The position numbers and the translations under genes are program-made. From Scyliorhinus canicula (Eukaryota), in NCBI RefSeq assembly GCF_902713615.1, contig NW_024055852.1, forward strand, positions 742,920 through 806,919: a DNA stretch of 64,000 nt, read 5' to 3'. This document shows positions 25,093 through 38,106 of this stretch, piece after piece (the stretch's first letter is position 1; every line of letters begins with the position of its first letter). The notes beneath the pieces were generated by a model. The model did no database searches. It had not been told where the DNA came from and saw only the letters and a list, made by a program, of their open reading frames with translations.

Positions 25093-25612
25093 AGTTTGTA
25101 TATGAGCCCCGCCGGGCCCTCATCCACTGTGGGTCTCAGCGCGCAGTAATACACGGCGCTGTCTATCATCTTCAAATCTATCAGGGACAAGTGAAAAGTG
25201 CTTTGTGTCGGGTTGAGTTTCCCGCTGAATTGTTCAACGCCGGGAGCCGTCTCGTTAACCCCATTATTATCGGCTCTGAGCAGATACAGAGGAGCTCGGT
25301 GTGGATACTGGCGACACCAGAACAGATAATATACTGCAGCTGAACTCGATACCGAGTAACTGCAGGGTATTGCTCAATCGTTCACCCTCTTCTGCTTCAA
25401 TTCCTTGTTCTGACTGGGTCACTGAGTCTTCGTCACTCATTCCTGAAAATAAACAACAAAAATACCGCGGGTTAGAAGGACTAAATGGCAGAGGATATGT
25501 ATCCGGAGATGAAACTGGAAAAATATGACAATTGGGGAATTTCGATAAAGGTTCAATATAACGCATCTGTGATCAGGATAATAACCAGAGACAGACAGAG
25601 TTTCACCCTCAT
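25093..25612 (-). pseudogene. V pseudogene with RSS
   Basis: Leader MRVKLCLSLVIILIT (ATG 25612, no canonical donor); exon 25442-25132 with a 1-nt frameshift just before the first Cys, WCRQYP and DSAVYYCALR; CACAGTG + 23 nt + ATACAAACT. Confidence 0.88.
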
Positions 25613-27164
25613 GGTTCCAGTCTGAAATTCAGAAACAGAGACAGTGGTCACTGAATGTACCAGAGCTGCACTTGTAAAAGTTGAAACAGTCAGAGGGAGG
25701 CTGTGAGGTCGAATGCGGTCCCCTCTCCGCCCATGTTCACGTCTTAAAACAGTCGCTTCCTCTCGAAGGGGATCGTGATCGTTCATAAGTGATCAGAGAG
25801 CGCCCTCCCGTGGCCAGCCCACCGCATATTGGAAACTGACACACGGGCACAGGGTAAGACCAACACGGATAGAGATATACAATAGTACAGATATATGCCC
25901 AGAAACTAAAATAACTTCCAACGTGAGTCCACATAAAGTTAGAAGTGTTCTGGAGATTTTTGATACATATTAATCTGAGCAGCTAACGACGAAAACAAGT
26001 GACTATGTCCGCCTCTCGTGTTCAGCGGAAGCCTCGTATGCAGCACAGAATCAACACAAACATAGACACAGTGACAAGTAAACACAGCGATAGATCCCGA
26101 AACTTATCTATTCACACAGACAAACACTGAAGACGATAAGCAAACAGATTATCACAGCCATAGACACAGAAAAGAGCAATGTAGTCAGAGACGCTGCCAA
26201 AAACCTTCGACAGAGTAAGCTTTCCGAAATAGAATTCCCTGAGGTTCTGTCGGTGTGGTAATGTCGTGTTGGATATCCATTGCTATTGAACTGTTCATTT
26301 CAGCAGTATTAACACCCGGAATGTATTTCCCATTAATCGTAATCAATGTTTTGTAAAAACGACCCGACAGTAGACCCTTTTAATAAAAGCAAATTATTGC
26401 GGATGCTGGAATCTGAAACGAAAGGGAAAATGCTGGAAAATCTCAGCACGTCTGGCAGTATCTGTAGGGAGAGAAAAGAGCTAACGTTTCGAGTCCGATG
26501 ACTTTTTTTCAAAGCTGGGAGTATTGAGAAGTGCATGATAAAATAGGACTGAGTCAGCATGGATTCGTCACTGCCTCACAAATCAGTTAGAATTATTTGA
26601 GGAGGTAACGAGGAAGTTAGTAATAGGAGAACCAGTGGACGTGATCAATTGGGATTTTCAAAAGTCCTTTGACAATATCATACAAGAGGCTGTTAAATAA
26701 GATAAGAGCCCATGGTGTTTAGGGAAAGATACTGGCATGGAGAGAGGACTGGATGACCACAAAAGGTAGAGAGTGTGGACACAGAGGTCTTTTTCAAGGA
26801 GGGTCTGCGTTAGAACCACAGATATTCACAATGTGCATTAATGATCTGGAACAATGAACAGGGCGACATGGTAGCACAGTGGTTAGCACTGTTGCTTCAC
26901 AGCGCCAGGGAATCGGGTTCAATTCCGGCCTTGTATGTCTGTGGAGAGTTCCATATTCTCCCTTTGTCTGCGGGGATTTCTTCTGGATGTCCCAGTTTCC
27001 ACTCACAGTCCAAAGATGCGCTGGTTGGGTGGGGTTATGGGTAGACCTCGGTAGGGTGCTCTACAGAGGGTCGGTGCAGACTCGCTGGGTCGAATTAGCT
27101 CATTTTGCGCTGTAGTGATTCTATGGTTCTACTAAGCGTTAATGGATGACTGTATGTTTTTCAG

Positions 27165-27370
27165 GAACGTACATTCTGAATGTTTCCGTGACATGAGTGG
27201 GGCCGGAGAGGATAAGACAGAATCTGCACCCATTCGAGGGCCGTCGAATCTGCACTGCCCATCCGAAAGAGCACGCTCTTTGGGTACGCCAAATAATGTA
27301 AATATTTTCACATTGAACGGCTGCAGCTCACTGACAGCGCTGTGTGCTGTGTGCTGGGGACAACACACTG
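27165..27370 (+). pseudogene. Internally deleted V relic
   Basis: ttttcag acceptor; FHIERLQLTDSAV-C-V followed by CACACTG at 27364-27370. Confidence 0.55.
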
Positions 27371-27799
27371 AGAAAGTCCCCGGAATAGCTCGATCCAGTA
27401 CCGTTTGCTGTGACCGTGATATGGACGGCGTGGGCCTGGGGAGGCACACTAAGAAGTCTTACAACGCCAGGCTAAAGTCCAACAGGTTTGTGTCCATCAC
27501 TCGATTTCGGAGCGTAGGTTCTTCCTCAAATCATTCACCTGAGGAAGGAGTTGCGCTCCGAAAGCTAGTTCGATGCAAACCTGTCGGAATTCAATGGGAA
27601 ATGCATGAAAGCCGACCACCAGGTGGCGCATCCCACCACATTTCACTTTGCAGGTACCAGCATTATTTTAACTGCTGCATTGTCTTTTGGTGGTTTTCTG
27701 TGCCCCTTGCCGCTTCTCACACATGGAAATGGATTAAATACTGTCCAGTTGCCTCACTTAGTGGCCGGGTGTTACATAAACAGTGATAGATTGGGAAAT

Positions 27800-28500
27800 A
27801 GTGACGTACAAAGTGACCTTGATATCATTAAACTTAAATCATTGAAAACAAGCATGCAGATGCATTGGGCAAGTGGTCTGTTAGCCTTCTTTGCAAGAGG
27901 ACTTGAGAACAACAGTAAGGCTCTTCAAAGCATTGGTAATACCACAACTGGAGTATTGTGTGAAGTTTTTGTCTCCTTAACTCAGAATGGAAATATTTGC
28001 CATCGGGGAGTGCACCGAAGGTTCATAAGATAAATTTCTGGGATGGCAGGGTTATTTGGAAAGATTGACTCGACCAGGCCTGAACTCAATGGAATTTAGA
28101 AGAATGAGGGGGTTCTCTATGAAACATATCAAACTCTTATAGAGTTGGACAGACAGGATAGAGGGATGATGTTTCCTATGCATAAGGAGTCTAGAACAAG
28201 GGATCACAGTCTCAGGGTAGACCATTTAGGACTGAGATAAAGAGAAACGTCTTCATGCAGAGGCTGCTGAACCTGCAACATTCTCCAACACGGGTAGCTG
28301 TGGAGGCCAAATCACTGAATATATTTAACATCAAATCGATTATTTTCTCTACTCTAAATGGGACAAGGCGTGTGGGGAGAGAGTAAGAGCAGGGTGCGGA
28401 GATAGAGGATCAGCCAACATATTACTGAATGGCGGAACACGCTCGAAGGGCCGAATATCCTACACCTGCTCCTATTGTCTATATTTCTACGTTTCTGTGT
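27800..28500 (+). mobile_element. Old CR1-type LINE 3' fragment
   Basis: Decayed LEYC/RRF/GHSL-type sequence and TTTCTA(C/T)G tail; further CR1 pieces near 24590-24845, 26540-26850, 29390-30310, 37200-37560. Confidence 0.65.
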
Positions 28501-31500
28501 TTCTCATATTCCGATGGAGCACGGCACCTTTATGTCATGTTAAGCAATTTTTCTATTATTTCTGCCCCAGATCTTACCCAAGAACATTGGAAGGTAACAC
28601 ATTGAGCAGGGGCAATGTGGGTTCAAGGTTAGTGTGAAACACGCTGGAGTGGAGCAAGTGTTTAATTCCTTTTCAAGCAAGATAAATAATCAATCGGGAT
28701 TTTAAGGTTGATCACCTTCACATCAGGTTTAGGTTGTTAGGTCAATTCACTTGCACACTTCATCACATTTCAAAGTACATCAGTGGAAATGGCTTCTTGA
28801 TCAATTGAGCCAGCAAGAATTTGTTAACGGGAAATCTCGTTTAATTAAGTTATTTGAGCTTTCTGATGAGGAGTACAGTGGTTGACATCAGTATTACAGA
28901 ATTCCAACTTTCGTAAAAACCCTACAGTGCGGAAGGAGGCAGGTCGGCCCATCGAGTCTGCACCGACCCTGCAAAGAGCACCGTACCAAGGTCCACTACA
29001 CCACTCTATGCCCGTAACCTGCATATACCTGGACACTAAGGGAAAATTTAGCACGTCCAATCCACTCCATCTGCACAGCTTTGGATTGTGGGAGGAAAGT
29101 GGAAGAAAATGGGGAGAAAGTACAAACTCCGCACAGACATACGCCCAAGGCCAGAATCGAAACTGGGTCCTTGGCGCTGTAAGATTGCAGTGCTAAACAC
29201 TGTTCCACCATGCCGTAATGGTGCGGCTGAACTTCCAAAAGTCATGTCATACCATACTGCACCACTGCCTTGTGAGCAGCAATGGAGATCCGGGGGTGAA
29301 ATGCACAGTTGCAATATGGATACAAAATTGCTATGAAACAACTCGCAGCGTTGATCATTGTTTTTGGAGTGAAAGGAAGTTTGAAGTGAAGTGAAGTTTC
29401 CAGGGATCGGTATTACGGCCCTATGTATTACAAATGAATGATCTAGACATGGTTGCGAGGGAAGATTTTCGAAATCTGCGGACATTACGAAAATTGGAGG
29501 TGTAGTGAACCAGGATAGTGTACAACGTTGGTGGAAAGGGCAAAAACATGGCAGATTGATTTAATGCGGAGAAGTATTAAGTAATTCATATGGGAGGCAG
29601 GATACAGAAAGGCAAAATAAAATAAAAGGAATGATTCTCAAGATGGTGCAGGAGTAGCGGGACCTATGCGTAGGTACATTATTGATGGTTAAAATGACAG
29701 ATTGAGTGAACGGTTGATATAGCACCGAATGAAGGTAATTATCAATGGGGATATAGCATACAGAGGAAAGGACGTTATGTTAAACCTGTCTGAAACTCAG
29801 GTTCGGACTGAACTGAGGTATTGGGGGATTCGCACATAAGGAGAATTCGGGTGGATGCAGAAAATATTTATGGGAATGGGTCCAGAGATTAGGAACTTCA
29901 TTCAGGAAGATAGATTTGAGAAGTTGCGACTGTTTCCCTTGACGAGCAGGTTAAAAGGTGACCTGAGAGAGGTATTAAAAATCACGAGTGTTCTAGACAG
30001 AGTAGATAAGAGGAATTGATCCCATTGGTGGGAGGGTCGAGTACCAGAGAGCACAGGTTGAAGGTAATTGGGAAAAGAGTCATGGAGACATGAGGAGAAA
30101 CATTTTCACCGAATGAGTGGTTAGGATGTGGAATGGACTGTTTGAGGGTATGTTAGAGGTCGGGTCAATTAACGCTTTCATAGAGGAATTGAATTGTTCT
30201 CTGAAAAGGGAAACCAATGCTAGGTTACAGAGAAATTAGAAGTATTGCATCAACCGCCCCTTTTGTTAGTCAGCACATGCATGCTGGGTGGAAGGGCCTT
30301 CGGCTGCATTGGAAACACTCTCAGACTATTTTTAAAGGGACGGCAGTGGGTTAGCTGCGATGTCACTGGGTTAGTAATTAAGATGCCCAACATAATTCTT
30401 TGAGGCCCTGTGTTCAAATCCTACAACAGCTGAAAGTTGAATTTTAAAATGCAAACAAGTGACCCAATAAGCTAATCAGCTCATGGATTTAGAGATGGCC
30501 AATAAATGTTGGCCTCGCCACTGAGGCCCACGTCGCATGACTTCTTTGTGTTTAAATCAGAAACTGCAATAGAACAGTTTGGCCAGTTGGTGGCTGTGTT
30601 GCAGCGAAAGATGGGTGGGCCTGGACCCAATCAGTGACACCGTGATTGCTGACACTACATGAAGCAGAGATTGTCTCAATTATTACAACAATGGACTCTG
30701 TCGGTGTTCAAGTCAAACGAGACACCGTCTTTGAATATATTCGGCTAGCTCAGTTGGTTAGACAGCTGGTTTCTGATCCAGAACCAGGCCAACAGCACTG
30801 GGTGAATTCCCATACCGGCTAAGGTTATACATGAAGGACTTGCCTTCCCAACCTTATCCCCAGCTTCAGGTTAAATCACCACCAATTAGCTCTCCCCCTC
30901 AAAAAGGAAAGCAACCTATGGTTATCTGGGACTATGGCGACTTTACCGATAATGCTCGGTCATGTTTCTGATTTTATGACTGCAGGTCTCAGTTGTTACC
31001 GTACTCGACTCAATCCCAGCTGTTAACATGTTGAACATGAATTTATATTACGCTCAGTACTCAGTAAGTTACAATTGCACTGAATCATCTCTCGGATAAT
31101 ATGAGAATGGTTCGTGTCCCAATTCTTACTTCACTGATACGAAACCAGAAAATGTTCCTGTTTGTATTACATGAGGCTCTGTCTCAGTTATTACTGTAAT
31201 ATAACCTGCCACATTCCTCAGGGTAGGGGCCGAGGCCCTACCATCTTTAGCTACATGGTTAATGATCTTCATTAACTCATAAAGTCAGAAATGAGGATGT
31301 TCTCTGGTGATTGCACAATTTAAACCACCATTCGCGACCCCTCACATACTGAAGCAGCCTATTACTAAATGCAACAAGAACTGAAGTATATTCAGGTTTG
31401 ACTGGCAAGTGACAATTACAGGCAATGTCCATCTCTGACAAGAGAGGATCGAACCATCGCCCCTGACATTCAATGGAATTACCATCGTGCAATCCCCCAG

Positions 31501-32389
31501 CATCATTATCCTAATGATGACCATTGACCAGAGACTGAAATAGAATAGCCCAATAAATACGGTATCTACCAGAGCACGTCAAGTCTAGGAACACAGGACA
31601 AAGTGGTTTCTTTGAGTGTCATCACTTCCACAAACATCCAATCCCTCAAGCACCGACAAACAGTGGCAGATTTTGTAATATATACAAGATGAACTCTCGA
31701 AAGTTACCACGGCAACTGAGGCAGCATCTTCCAAACCTACGACCACTGCCATCTAGAAGGACAATGCTACAATACGCATGTAATTGTGTGATCCTAATTG
31801 TAGAAATACTTTCTACAATAATAACCGGAATAGGTCAAAGGTAGCAATACAGAAAACAGCCTCACATTCCGAACTGGCAGGGATACAGATTCCAGAAATC
31901 CTAATCGAGAATTAGAGCATTAAAGCATGAATGAACGGTGGTCTATTGTACATACAACACCGAGGCAGCGTTTTTGACACTCGTATTTTATAAGACGTAA
32001 CTAAAATAGCGAAGTCATTGCTGACTATGAAGGTACAAAATACAGGGATTGATGCAATTTTAACAGTTGCAACCTTCAGTGTATTACTGAACACATCTCA
32101 GGATCGAGTCTGAGGATAACTGAGTCAGTATGTACTGCAGCCAATCGAAGTTGTGTCTCAAATAACCGTGTCTGTGTGAGAGACCGTGCCTATTGGAACA
32201 TAGAACAGTACAGCACAGAACAGGCCCTTTAGAACATAGAACAGTACAGCACAGAACAGGCCCTTCGGCCCTCGATGTTGTCCCGAGCAATGATCACCCT
32301 ACTCAAACCCACATATCCACCCTATACCCATAACCCAACATTGTCACTGGGTCAGTGTCTCCCTCCCCTGGTCTCTATGATGTTGTTTA

Positions 32390-32830
32390 TGGAGAGAAGC
32401 CGGAAGTGACGGACAGTGAGAGTGGGGAATGTTCATTGTTCGGCTCTGGGGCCGCACTGGGGTTTGTAAACCCCGCCCCCCGACAGACCTCTCACCTGAC
32501 ACCTCACAATGCGCGAAGTGATTGACGGCAGCACTGACCAATAGGTAAAGAATAGGTTGGAACGGAGGACCTGTGGGGAGTCAGGGGTCCTCCTACCAAT
32601 CAGCGTGAATGAGGGGGCGGGACTGGGCTGAGTGAAGCATGCGCAGTGTGATTAATGGCGACAAAGAAAAACGTTCGTTCTCGGATCCACAATCCGTAAA
32701 GGTGGGAATGACGGGACCGAGGGAGAGATGAATCAGGCGCGTCGTTGGACACACTACAAAAATATGTGATATAAACCGAAAACCCGTAAAAATAACCTAC
32801 CAGTACCGGGGGCCCTGAGCGAGGCCTGCA
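32390..32830. promoter_or_regulatory. CpG-rich housekeeping-type promoter block
   Basis: ETS CCGGAAGT 32400, GC boxes, CCAAT 32538 and 32596, NRF1-like GCATGCGCA 32637; minus-strand donor-like sites near 32492 and 32800. Confidence 0.6.
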
Positions 32831-32849
32831 GCTTTCTCACAGACGGGAC

Positions 32850-33722
32850 GATGGAGCCGCCATCTTTAACTTTATTTGACATCTTCTTCGCAGCCTCCAA
32901 CACATCATCAGCGAGGATGGACATCTTGCCAAGGTCATCCCCACACCCCCACTACTGGCCTTCAAACAACCGCGCAACCTCAAACAAACCATTGTTTGCA
33001 GCAAATTACCCAGCCTTCAGAACAGCAACCACAACACCACAAAACCCTGCCAGGGTAATCTCTGCAAGACATGCCAGATCATCGACATGGACACCACCAT
33101 TACACGTGGAAACACCACCCACCAGGTACGCGGCGCATACTCGTGCGACTCGACCAATGTAGTCTACCTCATACGCTGCAGGAAAGGATGTCCCGAAGCG
33201 TGGTACATTGGCGAGACCATGCAGACACTGCGACAACGAATAAACGGGCATCGTGCGACTATCAACAGGCAGGACTGTTCCCTTCCAGTTGGGGAACACT
33301 TCAGCAGTCAAGGACATTCAGCCTCTGATCTCCGGGTCAGCATTCTACAAGGAAGCCTTCAGGAGACGCGACAACGCAAAATTGCTGAGCAAAAACGCAT
33401 GAATGCGGACTCAACCGGGATCTGGGATTCATGTCGCATTACATTCGGCCCCCACCAACAAGCCTGGACTTGCAGAGGCCTACCGACTGAACTGGCTTGG
33501 GACAATTCACACCTCTTTAACCTGGAGTTACCTCTCTCTCTGCATCTTTGATGATTTGATTGCCTGCAGGTGCTCGCATTCCGGGGCATCTCTGACTGTG
33601 TCTATATAAACATTTCTGGAACAAGCCTTTCCATTCACCTGAAGAAGGAGCCGTGCTCCGAAAGCTCGTGTTTGAAACAAACCTGTTGGACTTTAACCTG
33701 GTGTTGTAAGACTTCTTACTGT
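32850..33722 (+). mobile_element. Penelope-like element 3' part (GIY-YIG endonuclease and terminal repeat)
   Basis: C..C (CKTC), NVVYLIRC..C, WYIGET, GEHF and AEQK motifs; ends in cacctgaagaaggag..gaaagct..gttggactttaacctggtgttgtaagact, also found at 4960-5040, 27460-27590 and 55255-55335. Confidence 0.88.
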
Positions 33723-34089
33723 AACTTTATTTGGGCATTAGTAGCAGTGCGCACGCGCACCCACCATTTTTATTGGGGGCAGCAGCAGCGGAGTTCAGGC
33801 TCAGTCGCCATCATTGTTGAGGGCAACATTTAGAATTGTTTCATTATTACAGACTGTTTCACTCTGAATTACAAATTCCTATTTATGAGTCAGAACAATG
33901 ATACATTTCCAGGGCTGTGACAATAATTCAAATTTATTTTGACAGAATAAAGCTTTTTGAGACATTTCAGAGAAATGTTACAAAATAACAATTGACACTG
34001 AGCCTCAAGAGGAGATATTAGATTTTTTTGATAATCGTAATAGAGGAAAGTGAGTGAGAGAGTTGGAGATTTTTAAGGAGGAAATTCCA

Positions 34090-34400
34090 AAACTAGTGTG
34101 GAGCATGCGCAGTGTCACTTTGCTCGGGCCCTGTGCGTGCGGGAGACGCTTTTCTGAACGGGTGAGAGTCGGTGGGCCGGAGGAATGGAGGTGGGGAGGG
34201 AGCCGAGGCTTCATAAACACCCAGTGCAGGTCTCACAACCTCAATAGGAACCTGGAGGCCCCGGGTTTGTAATACCCAGGCTTTTCCCCAGGAACAAGCC
34301 CACGTGACCGGCCGCCATCTTGGATCAGTGGGGAGTGACGGGCATGCGCCGTTATGTGACGCAATAGTGTGGGCGGGGCCTCAGGGTTCCGGTGACCAGG
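34090..34400. promoter_or_regulatory. Second CpG-rich promoter block
   Basis: NRF1-like GCATGCGCA, E-box CACGTG 34301, YY1 GCCGCCATCTTG 34311-34322, TGACGCAA and GC box GGGCGGGGC. Confidence 0.6.
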
Positions 34401-35771
34401 CGAGAGTCGCCTTTGGGACATTTCAGTTCTCAGAGCTGGATTCAGGTGGACGCAGAGGCAACACTGGTTCAGGTGGTGATGGGCATCCTGGTGCATCCTC
34501 AGGCACCGAGAGTAATTATGCAACATGTCGAGGATTTGAAAGAGAGAAACATGCCCCAATTTGATGGATTTTTATTTATGAGGCATCGAGGTGTCGCCCA
34601 ATTCTCAGCAACATTTGACACTGAGCCATACAGGGAGATATCAGAGCAGGTGGACAAAAGCTTGTATATAAGGTAGGTTTTAAGGAGATTCTGAAAATAG
34701 GAAAGTGAAGGAGTGAGCAGGAGAGGTTTAAGGAAGAATTTCCACAGCTTGGCTCTCAGGCAACTGAAAAAATAGGCACCAGTCATAGTGATTAATATTG
34801 CAAATGCTAAGTACAGCATTGTGGCGCAGTGGCTTAGTCCTGCTGCCTCACCGCGCCGAGGTCCCAGGTTCGATCCCGGCCCTGGGTCACTGTCCGTGTA
34901 GAGTTTCCACATTCTCCCCGTGTTTGCGTGGGTTTCGCCCCCACAACCCATCTTTGGTAGATTGGCCACGCTAAATTGCCCCTTAATTGGAAAAAATTAA
35001 TTGGGTACTCAATATTTTTTGCTTCTTTAAAAATAAATTTAGAGAATGCTCATGACCATAACATGTAAGATATAGAGCAAAGTAGGCCATTCGGCCCATC
35101 GAGTCTGCCCTGCCATTCCATGAAATGGTAGCTGATCTGATATCCTCAATTCCACTTTCCCGTCTTATCCCCATAATTCCCTTGATTCCATTCCTGATTT
35201 GCAATTGTCTATCTCAGTTTGAGTCCAGAATTAGATGAGAGCAAACATCTCGGTGGCTGGATGAGATGACAGAGATAGGGAGACACAACCCTGGAGGAAA
35301 AGGTGCTTCTTAAACAGGAAATTTTGTAGGTCACTGAGCCACTGGATTAACACAATATTACAGGGAGGTTGAATGTGGGAGATCTTCTGAGGGTGTGTTA
35401 GGATAGTTGGGTCTAGAGGAAATAAGAGAATGGATTGGGTAGCACAAGTCGATAGAACTGTGGCTTCACAGCACCAGAGTCCGAGGTTCGATTCCCCGCT
35501 GGGTCACTGCCTGTGCGGAGTCTGCATGTTCTCCCCGTGTCTACGTGGGTTTCCTCCGGGTGCTCCGGTTTCCTCCCACAGTCCAAAGATGTGCGGGTCA
35601 GGTGGATTGGGAATGCTAAATTGCCCGTAGTGTCCTAAACAGTAAGGTTAAGGGGGGATTGTTGGGTTATGGGTATAGGGTGGATACATGGGTTTGAGTA
35701 GGGTGATCATTGCTCGACACAACATCGAGGGCCAAAGGGCCTGTTCTGTGCTGTACTGTTCTATGTTCTAT

Positions 35772-36600
35772 AAACTAGGAGTCAGCCCCTCGAGCCTGAT
35801 CCTTACACACAAACTAGGAGTCGGCCCCTCGAGCCTGCTCCTTACACACAAACTAGGAGTCGGCCCCTCGAGCCTGTTCCTTGCACACAAACTAGGAGTC
35901 GGCCCCTCGAGCCTGCTCCTTAATACAAACTAGGAGTCGGCCCCTCGAGCCTGCTCCTTAATACAAACTAGGAGTCGGCCCCTCGAGCCTGCTCCTTAAT
36001 TCAAACTAGGAGTCGGCCCCTCGAGCCTGCCCCTTACACACAAACTAGGAGTCGGCCCCTCGAGCCTGCCCCTTACACACAAACTAGGAGTCGGCCCCTC
36101 GAGCCTGCTCCTTACATACAAACTAGGAGTCGCCCCTTGAGCCTGCTCCTTACATGCAGACTATGAGTCGGCCCCTCGAGCCTGCCCCTTACACACAAAC
36201 TAGGAGTCGGCCCCTCGAGCCTGCTCCTTACATACAAACTAGGAGTCGCCCCTCGAGCCTGCTCCTTACATGCAGACTATGAGTCGGTCCCTCGAGCCTG
36301 CTCCTTACACACAAACTAGGAGTCGGCCCTCGAGCCTGCTCCTTACATACAAACTAGGAGTCGGTCCTGCGAGCCTGCTCTTTACACACAAACTAGGAGT
36401 CGGCCCCTCGAGCCTGCTCCTTACATGCAGACTAGGAGTCGGCCCCTCGAGCCTGCTCCTTACACACAAACTAGGAGTCGGTCCTGCGAGCCTGTTCTTT
36501 ACACACAAACTAGGAGTCGGCCCCTCGAGCCTGCTCCTTACACACAAACTAGGAGTCGGCCCCTCGAGCCTGCTCCTTACATACAAACTAGGAGCCGTCC
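35772..36600 (+). repeat. 39-bp minisatellite, about 21 copies
   Basis: Unit aaactaggagtcggcccctcgagcctgctccttacacac with minor variants. Confidence 0.95.
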
Positions 36601-38106
36601 CCTCAATCCTGTTCCATCATTCAAAAAGTTTAACCTCAATTCCACATTCCTGCCGATCCCGATAACCTTGCCTATCAAGAATCTATCCATCCCTGCCTCA
36701 AAAATATTCAAGGACTCTACTTCCACTGCTTTTTAAGGGCGGTAGTTCCAAAGTCATAGAATTCCTCCAGTGCAGAAGGAGCGCAATCGACCCATCGAGT
36801 ATGCACCAACCTTCTGAAAGAGCACCCCACCCAGGCCCACACTATCCCACCCACTCCATCCTCATAACCCCACCCAACGTCCATATCCTTGGAGATGAAG
36901 TGGCAATTTCACATGGCTAATCCACCTAACCTGCACATCTAAAATAATAATCTTATAATAATCTTTATTGTCACAAGTAGGCTTACATTAATACTACAAT
37001 GGAGTTACTGCGAAAAGCCCCTTTGAACTGTGAGAGGAAAACGGAGCTCCCTAGGGAACCCACACAGATACAGTGCAAACTCCACACAACTACCCAGGGT
37101 TAGAATTGAACCTGGGTCCCTGGTGCTGTGAGGCAGTAGTTCTAATCACTTTGCCACCTCCTGTCTTACGAACCTCAAGAGAAAAGAAAATCCTCATCTC
37201 CATCTAAAATGGGTGACCCCTCTCTTTGCAATATTGCCTCCCTTGTTCTAGATTCTCCCACAAGAGGAAACATCCTCTCCACATCCACCCTGTCAAGACC
37301 CATCAGCATCTTATATCGTTCAATCCAGGTTTTACCCAAAACTTTAAATCTGTTTCCCGACTGCTTGTACGATCAGTGAATGGAAACAGAGTTTCTTTGT
37401 CCACCTGATCGAAACCTGGCATAATCTTGTGGACCTGAATCAAATCTCCCCTCAACCTCCTTTGCTGGAACCATTCTGGTAAATCTCCTCTGCAACTTCT
37501 CCAAGAACCTTCACATCCTTCCTGAAGAGTGGTGACCAGAGCTTTAGAAAGATTCATCGAATAGAATTAGAACTATAGAATTCCTACAGTGCAGAAGGAG
37601 GCCATTCGGTCCATCGAGTCTGCAGTGATTCTCTGAAAGGGCACCCTGCCTAGGCCCACACCCCTACCCTGTCCCTGTGACCCCCATAGCCCCATCTAAC
37701 CTGCACATCCCTGGACACTGAGGGGCAATTTATCAAGGACAATCCACCTAACTTTCCCTTTGGACTGTTAGAGTAAATCTGAGCACCGGGTGGAAACCCA
37801 CGCAGACATGGGGAGAAAGTTCAAACTCCACACAGACAGTCACCAACGCCGGAATTGAACCCGGGTCCCTGGTACTGTGAGGCAGCAGTGCTAATCACTG
37901 TACCACCAGAAGCATAGTTTATTTCTCAATATTACTGTTGATGAAGTTCAGATCGAATTTCCTTTGCCAACTACTCTCTCAGTATGCCTTGTAGACATAC
38001 AAAATCCCTCTTCACCTCTTTCACTCTCCTCCCAAAGAGGCCAGTTGGTTTTTTATAACAATCCAGCAGTTTTCATGGTCACTTTTTCCCAGAGCCGGCC
38101 CCACAA

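Noticed and set aside
27142-27786. 214-aa ORF as a novel gene
   Set aside because: Chimeric read-through of a V relic, a Penelope terminal repeat and old repeat sequence; no coherent domain.
5300-32000. D, J or C gene segments
   Set aside because: I found no 12-RSS followed by an FGxG motif and no C1-set exon. A by-eye scan could miss a short D or J.
35772-36600. 39-bp array as a CRISPR array or a repeat-protein gene (ORFs 36270-36665, 36305-36586, 36425-36736)
   Set aside because: Units are head-to-tail with no unique spacers, there are no cas genes and the context is vertebrate. The ORFs arise because 39 is a multiple of 3 and appear in several frames on both strands.
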